Positions 55,604 to 64,000 of a DNA stretch of 64,000 bases are shown in pieces (position 1 is the stretch's first letter; every line of letters begins with the position of its first letter). The notes under the pieces are model-generated. The model saw nothing but the letters and a program-made list of their open reading frames with translations, made no database searches and was not told the origin of the DNA. Both the position numbers and the translations under genes were made by a program. This DNA is from Octopus sinensis (lineage: Eukaryota), in contig NC_043017.1 of the NCBI RefSeq assembly GCF_006345805.1, positions 26,226,001 to 26,290,000 on the forward strand. The letters run 5' to 3'.

Positions 55604-55607
<4 letters not shown>
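55418..55607. repeat. Perfect 71-bp inverted repeat with 48-bp spacer, ending in (TA)n
   Basis: 55418-55488 is the exact reverse complement of 55537-55607. Confidence 0.92.
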
Positions 55608-55645
<38 letters not shown>

Positions 55646-56324
55646 GGAAAGTTTCATTTCTGTTACGTCTCTTTATAATATTATTGAAATTTCAATTACA
55701 TATGGTCGTTAAAATTCTCATTGAAAATGGTATACATGTGTGGAAATGTGGTGCATTTTCGCAATTATAGTGATGGAGGTATGATCGGCGAAGATTATAC
55801 TGCACGAGAAATGGGACGTTCAAGAATTTGGAGCTGGAGATGTCCATTTCCAGTGATTTCGAGGGCCACCTCCAAGTGATGTCGGGCGTCAACGAAGTGC
55901 CCTCGACTACAACAAGACAACCAAAGTTTCTTTTTTCCAAGGGTGGGGTCTCCCGCCACTAAACCCTTCACCATCGTCTAATAACCATTACCCGTCTTGT
56001 TGCTTAGCAACAACAACAGCAGCGCGAGAAATGGTGTAAAAGGATGTTTCTTTCATTACCCATTGTCTCGGAAATGAGATAAGCAGGATTTATATTATGT
56101 ACTTGGATATACGACAAAAAAAAAAAAACCCAAAAAAACCCACGAGACCTACATGCAAAATTTCTTATATGTATAAGGTATATATTTCATCACCTTTCAT
56201 GAAATTTATGTTTCGTATTGATATGCATCAACAAATTCCTTCATTCCCTTTGCAAAAAGACAGGCAGCCATGAACAGACACATTTACACATTCATATTTA
56301 CAAAAAACGTATTTAGGCATGTAC

Positions 56325-56895
56325 ATATGTGCGCAGGAATGATTTTGCGGTTAGTAACTTGCTTGCAAATCACATGGTTCCGGGTTCAGTCCCACTGCAT
56401 GGCACCTTGGACAAGTGTCTTCTACTATAGCCTCGGGCCGACCAAAGCCTTGCCAGTGGATTTGGTAGACGGAAACTGAAAGTAGCCCGCTGTATATCTG
56501 TATATGTAGATATATGTATGTGTGTGTTTGTTCCCCCTACATCACTCGACAACCGATGCTGGTGTGCAAAACATACCGATAGAATAAGTATTAGGCTCAC
56601 AAAAATAAGTCCTAGGATCGATTTGCTCGACTAAAGCCTCGGGCCGACCAAAGCCTTGCGAGTGGATTTGCTTGACGGAAACTGAAAGTAGACCGTCATA
56701 TATATGTATATGTAGATATATGTACGTGTGTGTTTGTTCCCCCAACATCACTCGACACCCGATGCTGGTGTGCAAAAGATACCGATAGAATAAGTATTAG
56801 GCTTACAAAGAATAAGTCCTAGGGTCGATTTGCTCGACTAAAATGCAGTGATCCAGCATGGCTGCAGTCAAATAACTGAAGCAAGTAATAGAGAG
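56325..56895 (+). mobile_element. SINE family A with internal tandem duplication of the body
   Basis: AGCCTCGGGCCGACCAAAGCCTTG..GATTTGCTCGACTAAA occurs twice (about 56429-56634 and 56635-56843). Confidence 0.8.
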
Positions 56896-59172
56896 TTTAA
56901 TGCTGCCTATATATTTTTAGTTTGTGGAAACTGTAATATCAAAACACACAATCCACAATTTTAGCTTTACTTGCTAGCGACGTTAAAGTGAATTTAAGCG
57001 AAATTTCAGCTATAGACAGATTTTCATTAGATATTAAGACTATATGTGTTAAAACATTCAATATCGGAAATGAAAAGTTTAATAAATATATTATTAGATG
57101 CTTGCTATATAGCCATCAGATAAATAACGTTACTGAAAAGAATGATGTTCAATAGATTCCGAGATAAATATGACATCGTTCTTGCTTTTAAAAATTAATT
57201 TGTGTGTTTCAATTACAACCACAGCCACGATGATATATTACGGGTTTCATGCTGGATACTGTACATTACCGGAAATAAAATGAAATTGCTAGATATGTAT
57301 TTCTGTGTCATTTGCTACAGTCCAGGTTATATTGCAAATATTACTACACTCAACATATATCTATGAATTTTGTATTTTTACTACCAAATATAAGGTGGTG
57401 GCTTAGACATGTGTATTCAGTAATGGGAAAGCGCAGTTTGCTATTAATTTCCGTCACGTTACCGTCTGACTACAAATTGTAGGGAGATCAAAGTTTACTT
57501 CGTATCGTTTGAGTATCTGTGATATAAATATCGCATAGATATTTTGTAAATATCTTATACTATATACTTGGTTGGCTCACTGGGAACTGCTACTTATGAG
57601 AAGAAAGAAGAGAGAGATAGAGAGAGAGAAGAGAAAGAGGAAAGAATGTGGCTTATTGGGGTAAATCGCCGCTAAGTTTCTTATTTCTTCTTATGTTGAG
57701 AAATCATTATGAATGAGTAAAAAGAGCGTATAATATTACAGTTTTTTTTTTTTATTAAACTCTCCGCTGAAAGTGGATAGTACCATTTCGCCATCGTTCT
57801 GAACTCTTCAGTACGACGTAACTCCAGATTTGCAAATTAGTTAACCTAAAGTCATTTAAAAATTGAAATTAAAGACGATTTTATCTCCTTAAACAGTGGA
57901 GTAAAGAGGGGAACAGAGATAGAAGTGGAGATTTTAAAAAAACCTCTTAGGTGTCTTTCATATATTTTCCGTGATTGTTCTCTCTTCACTTTCATAGTTC
58001 CAATATCGATTCGCTCTGTCTAATGTTTCGTTTTGTATTAGAAATAACATTTGCAATTTATCAAATAATGAAGCGGATCTTTTCGGTTTGAACGTCAGTT
58101 TTTAACATAATTTCTAGGTAACTAAAAAATTTTAAACTTCGTATACTGGTAGAATGTGTGTATAAAACACCTTTTACTCTTGGCTTTATTGAGAAAAATC
58201 TATAGTTTGTAAGATATTTGGTCCTTAATTTCTTGCATTTCTGCAATTTCAACCAATCAATGACCGTTTATTGAGGTGAAAACTTTCTGGGCCGTATGAA
58301 TATGTCTCTCGTTTAAGAAACAGATTGGGTTTATTAACATTTGTGAAGAAAAAAAATACCCTTCCTCCCACATCTAACCCTAACCCTAAAACAGATTGAA
58401 ATGCAATAGATCGATACTAGGGTCATAGTTATGGGTGACAATTTCATATGACACCGATAGGAAAAAAAACTGCCGGTCAAACCGAAAAGATCCAATGAAG
58501 CTCTGGATTAACTTATGCTTCTTACCAGCAAATATTGTTTCATTACAAGACATTTTAATTTCAAGTCTTGTAACATATAAGAAAACTACATACTATTTCA
58601 CAGGAATACTAAAACAAACAAAAAAATGAGATTTTTGAGAGTTAAAGATGTCTGCTGCCCAAAGAAAGGTTAGGTATATTGATAACCAATTCTTTAAAAT
58701 CAATATAGTTATTTTATTGGTAAGAATAAGTAAATGGTATTTTTAGTTCAAATGAAAACATTTGCCAAAAAGGAACTTCTAACTTCTTCAGCTATTGAAA
58801 AGCTTTGAAGTGTAGTTTACCGATTATTTACATTATAGCTATTCATTTTAGCTTAGAGGTAAATAAAATAACGCTTCCCGACGAATACAGAGTAAGAGTT
58901 CATATTTACATTAGAAATAAACAGATAAATAAAAACTACAAGTTACTTAGAAATGACATTTTGAAGATTATTCTTTATAATTGTTTCCTGTATAAAACGA
59001 ACATTGAATGAGCTACCTAATTTAAATATTACCTTGTTAAACAGAAAATAAGAATTCGTCCAGAACAACCATATACATATCACGGAATTGCATTGTATTC
59101 AATAAATATATATATATTATATATATAGAATTATATATATATATATATATACATATATATTATATACATGTA

Positions 59173-59207
<35 letters not shown>

Positions 59208-59823
59208 GATGTATATATATATATTATATATATTAGATGTATATAATGTATATTATATATATATATGTATATAATACATATATATATATATTTATATGCA
59301 TGGATATATATATATATATGTATATGTATGGATATATATATCTATATTTATACGTATGTATATATATATAGATTTTTATATGTATGTGTGTATATATATA
59401 TATACATATATTTATATGCATATATATATATATAAATATATACATATATACATATGTATATGTATGTATATATATATATATATATATATCTGTGTGTCAG
59501 TATAGTTGCTGGCACGAGTCCATAAAGGATGTACTTATGTAGCATACATTGTTGTGGAATTAGATTTAGCATTGTAAGTAAGAAAATAGAGTGAAGCGAA
59601 ACGACCGGAGAAAGACATTCATACACAAATTAGATCGAATATAATAGATTTTTGTATCAATTGAATTGAGTTTCATGAATTGACGTCTGTGTGTACGTAA
59701 ATAAATAATTGATTAAATACTGATCTATAGGTGATTCTGCAAGTATATACATATTACAACATATATATATATAATATATATTATATATTATATATATATA
59801 TGTATATATATATATGTGTGTTT

Positions 59824-59861
<38 letters not shown>

Positions 59862-59880
59862 TATTATATATATATGTGTT

Positions 59881-59924
<44 letters not shown>

Positions 59925-60357
59925 GTAGATAGATAGATGTGTGTTGTTTATATATGCAGCTTCACGCTTCACTCTCACAAACACCTACGAGCACACATGT
60001 GTACGTGTGTCTTTGTGCGAAATATATTAAGTAATTTCAGAAGTTAGTTAATATAATATTTTTTCCTAGAAGAATGAATGGCCTAGGAGAAACCATTCAT
60101 ACGTGCAGTGATATTGGAGTTCAAAGGCTAGGCTGTCTGAAATTAACCTAAATCTACTGAAAACAGACGAACCGTTTTCAACTCTAAAACTGCATTAAAC
60201 CTTAATCCATTAGACCAGGTTGCTTTACCTCAAGAGTTCATTTAAACAGTGTACCGATAATTGACATTTACTATTTCTGCTCTTTCCAACCAAATCATGT
60301 TCAGTCATGCGGGTATTATATTTACGCATTCATCTGTGCTCTGTGTTATATATAGTA

Positions 60358-60408
<51 letters not shown>

Positions 60409-60465
60409 ATTATATATATATATATATAGATATGTTATATGTATATAAAATGTATGATATTTATA

Positions 60466-60728
60466 GATGGAAGGTTATGTACTTTCTGTGTCAGAAGATT
60501 GCTTAGCGGCTACATGTTTCGCAGTTCGATTCAAGGGTTAGAAGTTCCTTGGGAGGAAATCCTTAACATGTCTTCTAACAGTCGTCTTTAGTACAATGAT
60601 ATCCACCTCTGTATTTTTCGTTTCCTCTCTTTATTTTACAACCTATAACGTTCATCTCAAGATATCGAGCCATATATATATATATATATATCTTCCTCTC
60701 TAGCTATCGAGCCATATACATATATATA

Positions 60729-60793
<65 letters not shown>

Positions 60794-63700
60794 TTATATA
60801 TTTATATATTTATTATTTGTTATTATGTATTCTTTTGTCTATCACTGTTTGAGTTGCATAATAGTGGTTTTATCTCAATTATATTTTATATATTATATTG
60901 TGAAATTTGATCTAATCTAAATTGAATTTTTCCTGTAAGTTTGGAGTTATCCTCCTCTAATTTTATTATATTATATATATATTGATTTATTTATAATTTA
61001 TACTTGTCTCTGATAAGATTATGGATTTAGAGTCAAACAGCCGGAGGTTTAATGAAAGTGTAATATTAGAATGGATTTAAATAGAAATGCTGTTAGATAA
61101 TGCTCGAAATTAATGGTGGATAAAGGGCAAATTACAATGCATTGGACAGTGATGTAAACGATAGCTTAGAAAACAGGTCTCTTATATTCGGTTGTGGTTA
61201 ATGAACGGCGATATAATAGGCGGTATAAGTGAAGCTATTTCCGAGAATAAACATAGAATAATAACTTAAGAAAAGCACATAACAATGAAACAACATTAAA
61301 AGAATGGTATCTCTCATAGGGCTTAAACCACCTGTGGTATACGTGTAATTCAAACTATTAAAGCTAATGCTAAGTTTTCCCCAGGGAAAAATATAAACTT
61401 TCTTTCCCAAATCTCTGTTAAAGTGCCCCGTAAACTTAAGCCAGTTGAAGCGGGAATAAGATAAACTTCTTTACGTTAATCTATAGAATAAAATACGAAA
61501 GAGTAGAAATATAAGATGTGTCAGAATGGAAATTTAAACCAAAATATACGTATCGGGTTACAATACCGAGTGAATGTTTTCTGGCTCGCGCAGCATGAAG
61601 TCATTCATACGGAGTAGAATCTAAAATATCTATGCTTTTTTTGCAATAAGAATAGAAGGAATTATATTATGTTTCCGAAATTTCATCGAGAAAGAAAAAA
61701 AAAATGAAGGGGATTATTGAATGGGCATCATTCATTTCGTCAAATTTTGCATTAACCAGAGTAATAATTCCCACCTGTGTCCGACAGAGTGTCAGCAAAT
61801 TCTCCCTGTAAATATACCTTTCGTTGACCGTTATCATTCCAATGGCACAAGACTACTACAAGAAGGTCATTTAAAACAGTCGTAATGTCGTCCTCACCAA
61901 CACAAGTAGACCATAACAGCAATGCCCTTAATTTATCGTTTTCCATCGAATAACGACTTTACACCTTGAAGCTCGTATCTATTCAGCATTATAAATCAGA
62001 ATTATACTTGAGATCGCTAGCAAATTTTGCCTTAACTGTATAAATGGTGTTTTATGTGTAAATAGGTGTAAAATTGGACGTAAAAACCCAATTTTAGGGA
62101 AACTTTGAAGTGTTTTGTTTGTGTGTATTCTGACTGCTACTGTATTTACGGGACTACGTCTGGATTTATCAGATCTGTATACACTAACTTCAGCATTGAA
62201 CGACGTTTATAGGATATGTTTCGTTTAAAATATTTCTTTCTAATTTTATTGAATATGTTTCCACACGCCTGGGTTTTTAGTTGCTTAGAACTGGGAATCA
62301 GTTTACACTTATGTATAGAATCGTGAAAGCATATACATTTTAATATACCTTTCACTAATAATATATGCATAGATTTATATATATATATATGGGTGTGTGT
62401 GTGTGTGTGTGGATGTTATGTATATATTATATATCTTGTATATATATATAATATAATAATATATATATATATATATATACCTATATAATATATAATATAT
62501 ATATATATATATTAATATATATATATATATATAGATATATATATATATATATAATATATAATATATATATGTATATAAAATGTATTAGAATTTATAAGAT
62601 GGAAGGTTATGTACTTTCTGTGTCAGAAGATTGCTTAGCGGCTACATGTTTCGCAGTTCGATCAAGGTTAAAGTTCCTTGGGAAGGAATCCCTTAACATG
62701 TCTTCTAACAGTCGTCTTTAGTACAATGATATCCACCTCTGTATTTTTCGTTTCCTTCTTTATTTTAACAACCTCTAACGTTCATCTCAAGATATCGAGC
62801 CATATATATATATATTATAATCTTCCTCTCAAGCTATCGAGCATATATATATATATATAATATATATATAATATATATAATATATATATATTATATATAT
62901 ATCATATATTATATTAATTATTTTATTATTTGTTATTATGTATTCTTTATGTCTATCACTGTTTGAGTTGCATAATAGTGGTTTTATCTCTAATTTATAT
63001 TTTATATATTTATATTGTGAAATTTGATCTAATACTAAATTGAATTTTTCCTTGTAAGTTTGGAGTTATCCTCCCTAATATTATTATATATATATATATA
63101 TTGATTTATTTATAATTTATACTTGTTCTCTGATAAGATTATGGATTTAGAGTCAAACAGCCGGAGGTTAATAAAGTGTAATATTAGAATGGATTTAATA
63201 GAATGCTGTTAGATAATCTCGAAATTATGGTGGTAAAGGGCAAATTACAATGCATTGGACAGTGATGTAAACGATAGCTTAGAAAGTCCTCTATATTCGG
63301 TTTTGGTTAATGAACGGCGATATAATAGGCGGTATAAGTGAAGCTATTTCCGAGAATAACATAGAATAATAACTTAAGAAAAGCACATAACAATGAAACA
63401 ACATTAAAAGAATGGTATCTCTCATAGGCTTAAACCACCTGTGGTATACGTGTAATTCAAACTATTAAAGCTAATGCTAAGTTTTTCCCCCAGGGAAAAA
63501 TAAACTTTCTTCCCAAATCTCTGTTAAGTGCCCGTAAACTTAGCCAGTTGAAGCGGGAATAAGATAAACTTCTTTACGTAATCTATAGAATAAAATACGA
63601 AAGAGTAGAAATATAAGATGTGTCAGAATGGAAATTTAAACCAAAATATACGTATCGGGTTACAATACCGAGTCAATGTTTTCTGGCTCGCGCAGCATGA

Positions 63701-64000
63701 AGTCATTCATACGGAGTAGAATCTAAAATATCTATGCTTTTTTTGCAATAAGAATAGAAGGAATTATATTATGTTTCCGAAATTTCATCGAGAAAGAAAA
63801 AAAAAATGAAGGGGATTCTTGAATGGGCATCATTGCATTTCGTCAAATTTTGCATTAACCAGAGTAATAATTCCCACCTGTGTCCGACAGAGTGTCAGCA
63901 AATTCTCCCTGTAAATATACCTTTCGTTGACCGTTATCATTCCAATGGCACAAGACTACTACGAAGGTCATTTAAAACAGTCGTAATGTCGTCTCCTCAA
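60466..64000. repeat. About 2.13-kb-period direct duplication (60466-about 61900 repeated from 62598 to the window end)
   Basis: GATGGAAGGTTATGTACTTTCTG occurs at 60466 and 62598. The copies differ largely by single-base indels. Confidence 0.9.

Noticed and set aside
61752-61946. 64-aa ORF MENDKLRALL.. in the duplicated block
   Set aside because: No recognisable domain or splice support, and the second copy has indels in the same stretch.

Overview
An AT-rich, microsatellite-saturated, repeat-dominated eukaryotic window with no protein-coding host gene I can support. The SINE repertoire and (TA)n/(TACA)n density suggest a coleoid cephalopod, probably Octopus (inference). Content: decayed LINE fragments (CR1/L2-clade RT at 1-1112; RTE 3' end at 27394-27741), three decayed Tc1/mariner transposase remnants, a Tc1/mariner-type MITE, two Helitron/Helentron-type non-autonomous elements, and about 20 copies of four tRNA-derived SINE families. 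The main unannotated signal is a set of non-coding elements carrying type-I hammerhead ribozymes (HHR) with palindromic stem III. They fall into five sequence families: 7082-7160; 31441-31530 and 31721-31811; 48844-48897, 49323-49375 and 49868-49920; 54356-54395 with a decayed relative at 45188-45346; and a G3-C8 core-swap candidate at 52581-52633. Four of the five families occur in head-to-head fold-back and/or tandem-monomer arrangements next to (TA)n, resembling Penelope-like pLTRs or non-LTR retrozymes. Single-base indels between near-identical duplicates (48.5-50.1 kb, 60.4-64 kb) and a 100-N gap mean some duplications may be assembly artefacts. Most ORFs in the supplied track are microsatellite read-throughs.
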